A stretch of DNA of 64,000 nt from positions 19,649 to 83,648 of the forward strand of contig DATARR010000045.1 in the NCBI GenBank assembly GCA_036264085.1, written 5' to 3'. The notes under the pieces are model-generated. The model did no database searches, was not told where the DNA came from, and worked only from the letters and a program-made list of their open reading frames with translations. Each line of letters opens with the position of its first letter. Positions within the stretch are counted from its first letter, which is position 1. This DNA is from Thermoanaerobaculia bacterium. Lineage in GTDB: Bacteria > Acidobacteriota > Thermoanaerobaculia > Multivoradales > UBA5704. Positions 1-11,295 of the stretch are shown piece after piece. Both the position numbers and the translations under genes were made by a program.

Positions 1-1
1 G

Positions 2-418
2 TACCGTTTCCTCGACGAAAAATCGACCGCGGCGCCAGCCGAGCCCCCGGCCGCCCCCGCGGCGGAGATCCGCCGGCCGGAGCCGCCGCCGCAGCGGGAA
101 TCTCCTGCGCCATCGCGGCCGGCCGAGCCGGCAGCCCGGGTGGAGGTGGAGCTGCCGCCGATGCCGCCCGACCTGGGGGGGCCCAGCTTCTTCGACCTGG
201 TGGCCATGCTGGCCGAGCCGGTCCCCATCTATCTGGGGGACGCTCGCCTGCCGGATGGCCAGTCGGCCGAGAACCCCGAGATGGCACGGTTCTACATCGA
301 TCTGATGGACGTCCTGCGGCAGAAGACCCTGGGGAACCTGTCGGCCGAGGAGTCCGCCTTCCTGGAGGATCTGCTGTACCGGCTGCGGGTCCGCTATGTC
401 CAGAAGAGCAGGGAGTAA
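2..418 (+). CDS. DUF1844-like small protein; the frame is open to the window edge and the first in-window start is at 140
   Basis: No stop between nt 2 and 140 in this frame. The C-terminal 'FYIDLMDVLRQKTLGNLSAEE..LEDLLYRLRVRYV' resembles the DUF1844 family signature. Confidence 0.5.
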   Translation, partial: YRFLDEKSTAAPAEPPAAPAAEIRRPEPPPQRESPAPSRPAEPAARVEVELPPMPPDLGGPSFFDLVAMLAEPVPIYLGDARLPDGQSAENPEMARFYIDLMDVLRQKTLGNLSAEESAFLEDLLYRLRVRYVQKSRE

Positions 419-2147
419 CCGGTTGCGCCGGGCGGCCGCGCTGGCCGCGCTGGGGATCCTCCTCGCCGCTGCGGCGGCGGGTGCAGCCTCCGTCTCCTCG
501 TCGCAGGTGACAGGGGTCGAGATGACCGCCCAGGTGCGGCAGACCCTCAAGCAGCTCGACGAGCAGTGGCTGCAGTGGGTGGTGCAGAAGAACCCGCAGC
601 AGGCCGGCGCGGCCGTGAACGACCTGCTGGAGACGGCGCGCCAGCTCGGGATGGCCCGCCTGCCCGACCTCTCGGCAGGCGCCACGGCGCAGGCCGTGCA
701 GGCGGCGCGGCAGAAGGATTTCGCCCGCGCCCACTGGTGTCTCGACGCTGCCGAGCGCCTCGATCCGGGGCGTCCGGAGACCGCCTTCGCCGCAGCCACG
801 GTGGACCGCCTGCAGGGCGACTGGGCCGGGGCTGTCAGCGCCTGGCTGCGCGCCCAACCCCGGCTCTTCACCCAGCCGCTGGAGAGCCGCCTGTGGCTCC
901 AGAACCTCGTCGTCTGGGTGCTCGTGCTGCTGCTGGTCAGCGGCGGCCTGTTCGTGGCCGTGCAGATGCTGGCCCGGGGCCAGGCGCTGTTCGGGGACCT
1001 GGCTGCTCTCTTCGGCCGCCGGTTGCCGCGGCCGGCCGCGCTGACCCTTGCCGCGCTGGCGCTGCTCTGGCCCCTGGCCCTCCCCTCCGGCCCCCTCTGG
1101 CTCGTCCTCTACGGGTCGCTCCTGCTCTGGGGCTACGGCTCGGCCAGCGAGCGCGCCGTGCTCGTCGTCCTCTGGCTGTTGCTGGGGGCGACTCCCCTGG
1201 TCATCGACCTGCAGCGGCGGTACGTGGCCGTGGAGCTGTCGCCCCCCGCTCAGGCCATGCAGAGCCTCGAGGAGCACCGGCTCTACGGCAGCCTGTTCTC
1301 CGACCTCGGGGTGCTGCGCTCGGTGTTGCCCGAGAGCGTCGCCGTCAAGCACCTGCTGGCCGACGTCCACCGCTCGCTCAACCAGTGGGAGATCGCCCGC
1401 GCCCTCTACCGCCAGGTGCTGGAGAAGGAGCCGGACAACACGGCCGCGCTGATCAACCTCGGGGTGTACGCTTTCGGCAAGGGGGACTTCAACGGCGCCA
1501 TCCAGAGCTTCCAGAAGGCGGCGGCGGTCGATCCCAGGAGCGCCGCCGCCCAGTACAACCTGAGCCAGGCCTACTCGGGGGCCTACATGTTCGAGGAGCA
1601 GAAGACCGCCTTCGCCAAGGCGCAGGAGATCGACGCCCCCCTGGTCGGCGTCTGGATGAGCAACCAGACGCAGCGCGTGGTGTCGGTGTCCGGCGGCCTG
1701 GCCCGCATCCCGGAGATCCGGCGCGAGCTGCAGACGACCTGGCACGGCGGCGAGGACCGCGGCACCGGCCCGGCCCTGTTGCGCCGCAGCCTCTCCCTCT
1801 TCGTGGCCTTGAGCCTGATCCTGGTCGCCGTGGCCCTGCACCTGGCGCGGCGGCCGTTCGGCTACACCGAGCGGACGGGCGACGTGGTGCTGGAGGGGTC
1901 GTTCGACCGCTGGGCCCGCGTCTTCCTGCCCGGCCTGGCCTCCGCCGAGATCGGCGAAGGGGGCCGCTCGTACCTCGCCATCCTCTTCATCACCGGCCTG
2001 TTGATGCTGCCGCTGTTCGGAAAGATCGGAGTTCACATCCCTTGGAGGTATGATCCGGGAAACTTCGCATCCGGGATCGTGGCGATCCTGGGTCTTGCGC
2101 TGTATCTCGGGTTGCGCCTCCGCCAGGAGCTGCGCGACGCAGTCTGA
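396..2147 (+). CDS. TPR-repeat membrane protein
   Basis: 583-aa ORF with high third-position GC. It has an N-terminal signal/TM and several hydrophobic segments. TPR-like units include 'ARALYRQVLEKEPDNTAALINLGVYAFGKGDFNGAIQSFQKAAAVDP'. Confidence 0.6.
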   Translation: MSRRAGSNRLRRAAALAALGILLAAAAAGAASVSSSQVTGVEMTAQVRQTLKQLDEQWLQWVVQKNPQQAGAAVNDLLETARQLGMARLPDLSAGATAQAVQAARQKDFARAHWCLDAAERLDPGRPETAFAAATVDRLQGDWAGAVSAWLRAQPRLFTQPLESRLWLQNLVVWVLVLLLVSGGLFVAVQMLARGQALFGDLAALFGRRLPRPAALTLAALALLWPLALPSGPLWLVLYGSLLLWGYGSASERAVLVVLWLLLGATPLVIDLQRRYVAVELSPPAQAMQSLEEHRLYGSLFSDLGVLRSVLPESVAVKHLLADVHRSLNQWEIARALYRQVLEKEPDNTAALINLGVYAFGKGDFNGAIQSFQKAAAVDPRSAAAQYNLSQAYSGAYMFEEQKTAFAKAQEIDAPLVGVWMSNQTQRVVSVSGGLARIPEIRRELQTTWHGGEDRGTGPALLRRSLSLFVALSLILVAVALHLARRPFGYTERTGDVVLEGSFDRWARVFLPGLASAEIGEGGRSYLAILFITGLLMLPLFGKIGVHIPWRYDPGNFASGIVAILGLALYLGLRLRQELRDAV

Positions 2148-2182
2148 ACGTCCGCCCGCGCGAGCGGCGCGGCTGAGGGCCT

Positions 2183-3379
2183 GTGCTCATGGCCGTTGAG
2201 GGTACCCTAGACCTCTTCAAGCTCCCGGAGATCATGCAGTTGATCTCCCAGCAGAGGAAGACCGGCATCCTGACGGTTCAGGGGCAGCAGGACATCGTCG
2301 CCATCTCCTTCCTGACCGGCCGCATCGTGGCCGCCGATGCCCTCAGCCAGACGCTGGAGGAGGGGCTGGCCCAGGTGCTGGTCAGGGAGGGGATGATCAC
2401 CGCCTCCGACCTCCACCGGGCGGCCGCCGAGCACCAGTCCGCCGGCGGCCGGCTGATCGACGTGCTGGTGGAGCGGCGGTACCTGGAGCGCGCGCAGCTC
2501 CTCCAGGCCCTGCGGCTCCAGACCTGGCGGCTGCTCGAGCAGCTCCTGCGCTGGAGCGAGGGGGACTTCAAGTTCTACAGCGGCGACGAGGTCTCCTACG
2601 AGGAGGGGATCGACCCCATCGCGGTGGAGGAGCTGCTCATCCATTCCGCGCCGGCCCTGCCGGCCCCGCAGGCCCTGCCGCCGCCGGCCCGTCCCGCGCC
2701 CGCCCCGTCCCCGCCGCCCGCTTCCGCTCCGGCGCCTCGGGCCGCGGCGCCGGCTCCCCTGCCCCCGCCCGTGCCGATCTCCGCCCCGCGGCCCGTTCCC
2801 CGTCCCGCCGCACCCCAGCCCCCATCGCCGGCGCCGGCGACCGCCGCCCCGCCGCCGGTGGTGCCGTTCGGAGACGAGACCGGACAGTTCCGCCAGATGA
2901 AGGTCGAGCCCCGCCCGCCGGCGCCCCTCTTCCTGCCCTGGGTGGGGCGGGCCCTGGCCGGGTTGCTGGCGCTGCTGGTGGTGGGCTCCCTGTGGCGGGT
3001 GCCCGACTCCGTGATCATCCCCTTCTCCTGGCAGGAGCGGGAGCGGGCGGCCCTGGCGCGGGACCAGCGGGCGGCCCTCTATCTCAAGATCGACCGCGCC
3101 GCCAAGACCTGGTTCCTGCTCAAGGGGAGCTTCCCCGACCGGCTGGAGGAGCTGGTCCAGACGGGCCTGCTGTCGCGGGACGACCTCAAGGACCCCGAGG
3201 GGCACTCCCTGCGCTACGCGGCGGGAGAGGAGAGCTACACCCTGCAGCCGGTGGCAGGCGGCAAGCCCGTCCCCGGCGCCGAGGCCAGCGAGGCCATCAC
3301 CGGCAACTTCCTCCTCGACCCCGAGGTCCTCAACGTCCCGCCGGAATCCCAGGCGGCGCCCCTGGTACTGCTCGACTGA
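2183..3379 (+). CDS. DUF4388 (PatA-like N-terminal) domain protein with a Pro/Ala-rich linker
   Basis: The N-terminal 'GTLDLFKLPEIMQLISQQRKTGILTV' is typical of DUF4388. A long PA-rich low-complexity segment is followed by one TM. Confidence 0.6.
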   Translation: MLMAVEGTLDLFKLPEIMQLISQQRKTGILTVQGQQDIVAISFLTGRIVAADALSQTLEEGLAQVLVREGMITASDLHRAAAEHQSAGGRLIDVLVERRYLERAQLLQALRLQTWRLLEQLLRWSEGDFKFYSGDEVSYEEGIDPIAVEELLIHSAPALPAPQALPPPARPAPAPSPPPASAPAPRAAAPAPLPPPVPISAPRPVPRPAAPQPPSPAPATAAPPPVVPFGDETGQFRQMKVEPRPPAPLFLPWVGRALAGLLALLVVGSLWRVPDSVIIPFSWQERERAALARDQRAALYLKIDRAAKTWFLLKGSFPDRLEELVQTGLLSRDDLKDPEGHSLRYAAGEESYTLQPVAGGKPVPGAEASEAITGNFLLDPEVLNVPPESQAAPLVLLD

Positions 3380-3436
3380 TCCTCCGGGCCTCCCCCGGGC
3401 CGGAATAAATCTGCGTCCAAGTTTGTCAGATAGGGC

Positions 3437-5465
<2,029 letters not shown>

Positions 5466-5480
5466 GCCGGGGGTGAGTCA

Positions 5481-5936
5481 ATGGCGCCACTGAAGAAGAT
5501 CTACCTCGAAGAGCTGGCCCGCATCCAGGACCGTATCAACAGCCTCTTCGAGCAGGCGCTCCTCACCTCGGACTACGAAGACCGCGAAGGGGGCCTGCCG
5601 GGCACCTGGGTCCCCGCGGTCGACGTCCTCGAAACCGAGGACGGCTACCTGGTATTCGCCGAGCTGCCCGGCGTGCGGCGTGACGATATTCAACTGCAGG
5701 TGCGGGACCGGCGGCTGGAGCTCTCCGGCCGCCGGCAGCCTTTGGCGGAGAACCGGAGCTTCCTCCGCATGGAGCGCAGCTACGGCCCCTTCCGCCGCAC
5801 CTTCGACCTGGGATCGCCGGTCGACGTCGAGAGCATCTCGGCCGGCTTCGAGAAGGGCGTCCTGCGCGTCCACATCCCGAAGCTCGCCGCGGGCGGCGGG
5901 CCGGCCCAGGTCGAGAGCGCAGAGGAGAGTGGCTGA
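5481..5936 (+). CDS. Hsp20/alpha-crystallin family small heat-shock protein
   Basis: 151 aa. 'PAVDVLETEDGYLVFAELPGV...ERSYGPFRRTFDL...GVLRVHIPK' is the alpha-crystallin domain pattern. Confidence 0.85.
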   Translation: MAPLKKIYLEELARIQDRINSLFEQALLTSDYEDREGGLPGTWVPAVDVLETEDGYLVFAELPGVRRDDIQLQVRDRRLELSGRRQPLAENRSFLRMERSYGPFRRTFDLGSPVDVESISAGFEKGVLRVHIPKLAAGGGPAQVESAEESG

Positions 5937-6319
5937 TGGCCAGCCGCAGGAAACCCGACCAGAAGTACGTGATGATCAGCGTGGTGGCCGAGCGCTACGC
6001 CATCCACCCGCAGACCCTGCGCCTCTATGAACGGGAAGGCCTGCTCAAGCCGACCCGCAGCGCCGGCAACACCCGCCTCTACGACGAAGAGGCGATCCGC
6101 CGCCTGGAGATCATCCTCACCCTCACCCGCGACCTCGGCGTCAACCTCGCCGGCGTCGAGGTGATCCTCAACATGCGCGAGCAGATGGAGCGCATGCAGG
6201 GCGAGGTCGATCGCATGGTGGAGTTCATCCGCCGTCAGGCCGAGGAGCGGCGGGCCGACCCCAGCCGCCAGCACGCCCTGGTGAAGATCCACAGCGGGCC
6301 CTTGAGCAAGCTGCGATAG
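5936..6319 (+). CDS. hspR: MerR-family heat-shock regulator (HspR-like)
   Basis: MerR-type HTH 'YVMISVVAERYAIHPQTLRLYEREGLLKPTRSAGNTRLY'. Its start overlaps the hsp20 stop (TGATG), and it sits at the end of the dnaK operon as in actinobacterial hspR. Confidence 0.75.
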   Translation: MASRRKPDQKYVMISVVAERYAIHPQTLRLYEREGLLKPTRSAGNTRLYDEEAIRRLEIILTLTRDLGVNLAGVEVILNMREQMERMQGEVDRMVEFIRRQAEERRADPSRQHALVKIHSGPLSKLR

Positions 6320-6345
6320 CGAACCGGCATGCTACGATTTCCAGC

Positions 6346-7209
6346 ATGCCGGCCAGCGAAGTCCTCGAAGAGCCCTGCTCGGAATGCGGCGGCCGGGGGT
6401 GGGTCGTCGTCGCCGACGGCCGGGCGGGCACGGCCCGGCCGTGCGTCTGCCAGCGGCGCGACGTCGTCCCCCGCTTGATCCAGGCGGCGGGGATCCCCGC
6501 CCGCTATCGTCACTGCCGGCTGGCCAACTTCCACGTCTCGAGCGACAGGTCGCGCCAGGAGCCGCAGCTCGTGGCGGCCCGCAAGGCCGCGCAGGGGTAC
6601 GTCGACGGGTTCATTCAGGAGGGGATCGGCTTCCGCCAGTCGGGCCTCCTCTTCGTGGGTCCCCCGGGCGTGGGCAAGACGCACCTCGCCGTCGCCGTCC
6701 TCCTGGAGCTGATCGAGCGCTTCGAGCTCCACGGGCGGTTCGTGGAGTTCACCTCTCTCATCCACCAGCTCCAGTCCACCTTCGATTCCGACTCCCAGGA
6801 GTCCAAGCGGCAGGTCCTCGATCCCCTGTCCGAGGTCCCCTTCCTGGTCCTCGACGAGCTCGGAGCGCAGCAGCCGACGCCCTGGGTGAAGGACGTCCTC
6901 TACCTGATCATCAACGCGCGCTACACCCGCCGGCTGCCGACCCTCTTCACCACCAATTACCGCCTGGACGAGGGCGCCGCCGCGAAGAAGGCCCCCGTGC
7001 GGGTCTCGGGCCGGACGACGATGGTGGCGAAAAACTCTCTGGACCGTGGGCCTGACACCGAGCCGGTCAAGGAGGAGACGGCGCAGCTCTCCTCCCGGCT
7101 CCCCCCCATGCTGGTCAGCCGGCTCTACGAGATGGCGCAGCCGGTGGTGCTCGACGCCGTGGAGGACTTCCGGCGTGAGCAGGCCGTGCACGGGGCGCGC
7201 CTGCGATGA
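6346..7209 (+). CDS. DnaC/IstB-like AAA+ ATPase with an N-terminal Cys4 zinc-ribbon
   Basis: 'CSECGGRGW...CVC' followed by Walker A 'GPPGVGKTHL' and Walker B 'LVLDELG'. 'LIINARY....TLFTTN' is typical of DnaC/IstB helicase-loader-like proteins. Confidence 0.7.
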   Translation: MPASEVLEEPCSECGGRGWVVVADGRAGTARPCVCQRRDVVPRLIQAAGIPARYRHCRLANFHVSSDRSRQEPQLVAARKAAQGYVDGFIQEGIGFRQSGLLFVGPPGVGKTHLAVAVLLELIERFELHGRFVEFTSLIHQLQSTFDSDSQESKRQVLDPLSEVPFLVLDELGAQQPTPWVKDVLYLIINARYTRRLPTLFTTNYRLDEGAAAKKAPVRVSGRTTMVAKNSLDRGPDTEPVKEETAQLSSRLPPMLVSRLYEMAQPVVLDAVEDFRREQAVHGARLR

Positions 7210-8159
7210 GGCTCTCGGCGGCCGACTGCCTGCGTCGCGGCTGGACGAACCTGGCGGCCAACTGGGAGCTGGTGCTGCTCCAGTGGTGCCAGTCCCTGCT
7301 CATCGTGATCCTGCTGGCCCTGAGCGTCTCGTTGCCCGTGGTCGCTCTCGGGGCGGACGCGTTGCTGGCCGGGCGGAGCCTGGAGCGGGTGCTCGCGGTG
7401 TTCATGGCGCGTCTCGGCCGGCTCTCTCCGGCGGTGACGATGGCCGGGGTCGCCATGCTGGCGGTGTGGCTGCTGTCGCTCCTCGTCCACTGCTGGTTCC
7501 AGGCCGGCACCTACGGTGTGCTCGCCGCGGCGGAGCGCCAGGCCCTGCCGGGTCCCCGCCGCCACCGCCTGCTGTTCCGCACCTTCAGCCTGCGGGACTT
7601 CGCCGGCTGGGGGGGCCTCTACCTCTGGCGGTTCTTCCGGCTGCTCGTCCTCTTCTGGGCCCTGGCGCTCCCCTTGGGGATAGCCGCCCTGGTCTGGCTC
7701 GTCAGCCTGGGAGTGGGCGGCGAGGTGTGGGGCAGGCCCGCGGTGCTGGGGATGGGCTGCGGCGGCGCGCTCCCCCTGGGCTTCCTGTTCCTCGTCGCCG
7801 GGCTGTGGAGCCACGTCGCCCGGGCCGGCCTGGCGCGCGAGGGCTCGGGCGTCCGCGTCGCCGTTCGACAGGGCCTGGCGGTGCTGGGCCGGCGCCTGGG
7901 GACGGTCGTCGTCCTCGTCCTCCTGGCGGTGATCGCGGGCCTGGCGCTGGCGCTCGTCCTCGTCCCCGTCTCGGTCCTCCCTGAGCTCCTCCTCACCGGC
8001 GCGCCACGGTTGCGGGCGCTCGTCCGGGTGGTGCTCTTCTTGCTTCAAGGCATCCCCAGCGCGCTGCTGGCCCTGGTCCTGGCCTCCTCCCTGGTAGCCC
8101 TGGTCCGCAGCGAGGGGCTGCGCGACATCCGCCGCCAACCCGAGGTGCAGACCGCGTGA
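7206..8159 (+). CDS. Polytopic membrane protein, function unknown
   Basis: 317-aa ORF with 6 or more hydrophobic helices. It is translationally coupled to both neighbours through 4-nt overlaps. Confidence 0.55.
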   Translation: MRLSAADCLRRGWTNLAANWELVLLQWCQSLLIVILLALSVSLPVVALGADALLAGRSLERVLAVFMARLGRLSPAVTMAGVAMLAVWLLSLLVHCWFQAGTYGVLAAAERQALPGPRRHRLLFRTFSLRDFAGWGGLYLWRFFRLLVLFWALALPLGIAALVWLVSLGVGGEVWGRPAVLGMGCGGALPLGFLFLVAGLWSHVARAGLAREGSGVRVAVRQGLAVLGRRLGTVVVLVLLAVIAGLALALVLVPVSVLPELLLTGAPRLRALVRVVLFLLQGIPSALLALVLASSLVALVRSEGLRDIRRQPEVQTA

Positions 8160-10417
8160 AATCGAAGCTTCTCCCCGTCCTTGCCGCCCTGGTCCTGCTC
8201 GCCGGCTGCGCGCCGAAGACGCCTCCCCGGGTGGTCTCCAAGGCGTCTCCGCCCAAGAGCCGGCCTGCGAAGCCGGCCGCGCCGCCTGCCGTCCAGCCGG
8301 CGGCGCCTGCGAAGCCGAAGCCGGCGCCGCGGCAGCCCGTGCCGTCGCCGGAGACGCCGGCGCCCGCCGAGGCGCCCTACGACGAGAAGGAGCCGCTGCT
8401 GGTCAAGGTGGGGCTGGCGAGCGATCTCGAGACGGTGACCTTCCCCTGCTGCGAGGAGCCGCTGCAGGTCGTGGTGGAGACCCAGGAGGTGGCCGTCGGC
8501 TCTTCGCTGAAGATCGAGCCCGCCGCGGCCTCGGCTCAGAAGGGGTTCTACCGCATTCAGGTGGCTGCCTTGCGCGACGAGCGGCAGGCCCAGGACCTCG
8601 CCGGACGTCTGGAGCGGGAGTCCGGCCAGCCCGGCGAGGCCTACTTCGACGCCGGCATCGACCTCTACCGCATCCGGGTCGGGCACTATCCCACGCGGGA
8701 GGCGGCCGAGGCCGACCTGAAGCGCCTTTCCACCCTGGGAGTCACCGGCGGCTTCGTGGTCAACGAGGGGGGGAGCGTCACCGAGCCCGCCCTGCGGCTC
8801 GTCCAGGGGCAGAGCTCCAGGGTCTATCCGGGCCGCTGGCTCTCCGTCGCGCCCGTCTCCGGTCCCAGCGTGCGGGTGCAGGGGAAGCGCTACCGCGGGC
8901 GGATGCTGGTCTACCTGAACGACCGTGGCGCCCTCAACCTGATCAACGAGCTGCCGGTGGAGGACTACCTGCGGGGCGTGGTGCCCAGCGAGATGGGCCC
9001 CGAGCTCTACCACCAGCTCGAAGCGCTGAAGGCGCAGGCGGTGGCGGCTCGCACCTACACTTTGCGCAACATGGGCGAGTTCTCGCGCGAAGGGTATGAC
9101 ATCTGCGCCACGCCGCGCTGCCAGGTCTACGGCGGCATGGTGGCCGAGCATCCGCTCTCCGACCGCGCGGTGGCGGAGACCGCCGGCCAGGTCCTGCTCT
9201 ACAAGGGGGAGCTGGTGGACGCCCTCTACAGCTCCACCTGTGGCGGCCACACGGAGGACGTGCACGTCATTTTCCCGTTGAAGAACGAACCCTACCTCAA
9301 GGGTGTTCCCTGCATGGAGAGCGGCATGGCGCGCATCGACGGCGACCTCGCGCCCGGGGTCCCCTTCCCGGCCGGGCTGACCCGCCGGCTCCTGCCGCCG
9401 GCCGCCGGCGCGTCGCCCGCCGCGGTCCTCGGCGCCCGGCTGGAGCACCTGGCCCTGCTCGCCGGCCTGCCGGCGCCCCGCGAGCCGCTCGCCTCCCTCG
9501 ACCGGCGCGAGGTGCAGCGCTACATCGCCTACGCCTTCGACCTGGCGCTCGACGCCCGGCTGTTCCTGGGGCCGGAGGACGTGCGCTACCTGCTCACCGA
9601 TCCGCCGGCCGACTGGAGCGACGAGGACCGCCGGCGGGCGGCCTACCTGCTGCGCAGCGGCCTGCTCAGCGGTCCGCTCGACCAGCCGCTCTCCTCCGAC
9701 CAGATCGAGCGCATGCTCCTCGCCATGGCCGAGCTGCTGCACGTGGTGCGCCGCGAGGAGACGTCGTTCTTCTCCGTCGTCGACGGCAGGCTCGCCGTCC
9801 GCTCGGGCAAGGAGGACAAGGTGTACGACCTGTCGCAGGGGGTTGCCACCTTCCGCCGCCAGGGGAGCGAGCTCTACAGCGCCGGCCTCAACCTCGTGCC
9901 GGGCGACCTCCTGACCCTCTTCTGGCAGGGGGACCGCCTCGTCGCCCTCACCCAGGAGCTGGATCTCGACGGCGTCGCCTTCGACCGCAGCAGCCCCTAC
10001 AGCTCGTGGACCCGCTTCCGCACCGACTCGCAGCTCGCGACGCAGGTGAACACCCGCTTCCCGGGCTTCCAGTTCAGCAGCTTCGAGGTCCTGGAGCGGG
10101 GGGAGTCGGGGCGGGTGGGCAAGATCCGGATCTTCAACGACCAGGGGCAGTCCGTGGAGGTGGACGGGCTCGCCGTGCGCTGGACCCTGGACGTGCCCGA
10201 CACCCTCTTCACCGTCAAGCGTCTGGCACCGAAGAACCAGGAGCCGGGCTGGCTGTTCAACGGCAAGGGCTTCGGCCACGGCGTCGGCATGTGCCAGGTG
10301 GGCGCCTACGGCATGGCGCAGCGCGGCCACACCTACCGCGAGATCCTCACCCACTACTACACCGGCGTCGAGCTGGGCAAGGTGCGCATCCGCAACCGGG
10401 GCGCGGCAACGCGGTAG
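8156..10417 (+). CDS. SpoIID/LytB-domain lipoprotein with a SPOR domain
   Basis: Lipobox 'LLAGC'. SPOR-like 'YRIQVAALRDERQAQDLAGRL...YRIRVGHYPTREAAEA'. SpoIID motifs 'EDYLRGVVPSEM...ALKAQAVAARTY...YSSTCGGHTED'. Confidence 0.8.
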   Translation: MKSKLLPVLAALVLLAGCAPKTPPRVVSKASPPKSRPAKPAAPPAVQPAAPAKPKPAPRQPVPSPETPAPAEAPYDEKEPLLVKVGLASDLETVTFPCCEEPLQVVVETQEVAVGSSLKIEPAAASAQKGFYRIQVAALRDERQAQDLAGRLERESGQPGEAYFDAGIDLYRIRVGHYPTREAAEADLKRLSTLGVTGGFVVNEGGSVTEPALRLVQGQSSRVYPGRWLSVAPVSGPSVRVQGKRYRGRMLVYLNDRGALNLINELPVEDYLRGVVPSEMGPELYHQLEALKAQAVAARTYTLRNMGEFSREGYDICATPRCQVYGGMVAEHPLSDRAVAETAGQVLLYKGELVDALYSSTCGGHTEDVHVIFPLKNEPYLKGVPCMESGMARIDGDLAPGVPFPAGLTRRLLPPAAGASPAAVLGARLEHLALLAGLPAPREPLASLDRREVQRYIAYAFDLALDARLFLGPEDVRYLLTDPPADWSDEDRRRAAYLLRSGLLSGPLDQPLSSDQIERMLLAMAELLHVVRREETSFFSVVDGRLAVRSGKEDKVYDLSQGVATFRRQGSELYSAGLNLVPGDLLTLFWQGDRLVALTQELDLDGVAFDRSSPYSSWTRFRTDSQLATQVNTRFPGFQFSSFEVLERGESGRVGKIRIFNDQGQSVEVDGLAVRWTLDVPDTLFTVKRLAPKNQEPGWLFNGKGFGHGVGMCQVGAYGMAQRGHTYREILTHYYTGVELGKVRIRNRGAATR

Positions 10418-10515
10418 AATCCATCATGAGCTTCGAAGAGAAAAATCTCCGGATCCCGAGGATGCCTTCACCCTTGAGGGACTACGTCCTTGAGAACAGG
10501 GAGGGTTGAGACGGG

Positions 10516-10962
10516 CTATCCGGACTTTAGGACTTCAATGTGGGCACGTGCAGAGCCGGACGCCACCACCCGCCGATCGAACGTCAGGAGCGTGGCGCCG
10601 TTCGCTTCAGCGACCCCGAGTAGATAGGCATCCGTCACCTGCTGATGTCCGAGAAGATGACGGAAAACGCTCGCGGTTTGGGGCAGCGCCGGCAAGGTTT
10701 CCAGATAAACATGCTGCTGATCGCGGGTTAAATCAGCCAGCAGATCGACCGCCTCGGCCGGCGTCTTGCGCACCTCGACGATCGTCGGGTTGGACGACAG
10801 ACGAACGAAACCGAGTTGAGTCAGGGCACATGTCGCCCACCGCGGCACCGGTCGCTGCTCAAGTCGCGCCAACACCGCGGTATGGAACTGGTGATTCGGC
10901 CAAGCCAGTGCCAAGAGAGCGTTGACGTCCAGCAGAAGCGGCCGATTCTCAGACGATGCCAT
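10516..10962 (-). CDS. vapC: Type II toxin VapC (PIN domain)
   Basis: 'LLDVNALLALAWPNH' N-terminal PIN acidic motif and 'GATLLTFDRR' C-terminal motif. It overlaps the upstream antitoxin gene. Local GC is lower than in the flanks. Confidence 0.75.
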   Translation of the reverse strand: MASSENRPLLLDVNALLALAWPNHQFHTAVLARLEQRPVPRWATCALTQLGFVRLSSNPTIVEVRKTPAEAVDLLADLTRDQQHVYLETLPALPQTASVFRHLLGHQQVTDAYLLGVAEANGATLLTFDRRVVASGSARAHIEVLKSG

Positions 10963-11197
10963 CCTCGTCGAGGGCTTTCTGGATCCGCGAAGCGGGGATC
11001 ATCCGAGTGCCTGCCGGTACCTCGAAGACGGGAAAGCGCGAAGCCCCTTTCCCCGACCTCTTCGATCGGCGTCCGGAGGGTTGGAGCGCCTGCCGAGCCA
11101 TTTCGGACAGCACTTGGCCGAGCCGCTTGCCGGTCGCGTGGGCGTGCGCCTGCGCTGCTTCGTACACATCGTCGTCAAGGGTGACAGTCGTCCTCAT
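10949..11197 (-). CDS. vapB: Type II antitoxin VapB-like; the ORF could extend to 11233
   Basis: 'MRTTVTLDDDVYEAAQAHAHATGKRLGQVLSEMAR' is a typical antitoxin N-terminus. It has a 14-nt overlap with vapC. Confidence 0.7.
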   Translation of the reverse strand: MRTTVTLDDDVYEAAQAHAHATGKRLGQVLSEMARQALQPSGRRSKRSGKGASRFPVFEVPAGTRMIPASRIQKALDEDGIV

Positions 11198-11295
11198 GGC
11201 CGCAAGGATACAGTGATGTAGCTGCATCGGCAATCGACGAAGCCCTGTGCCTCCGGGAAGGTGGTAAGCTCCGTGCTCTGAGTGGAGCCGAAGCC

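Noticed and set aside
8045-10354. 769-aa ORF on the minus strand opposite the SpoIID/SPOR gene. Similar giants occur at 11194..14538(-), 39018..41492(-), 60030..63698(-), 59087..61078(+), 47275..49251(+) and 49248..52376(+).
   Set aside because: These are shadow ORFs typical of high-GC DNA. They are Arg/Gly/Pro/Ala-rich low-complexity translations with no recognisable motifs, and each lies antisense or out of frame to a gene with clear family signatures.
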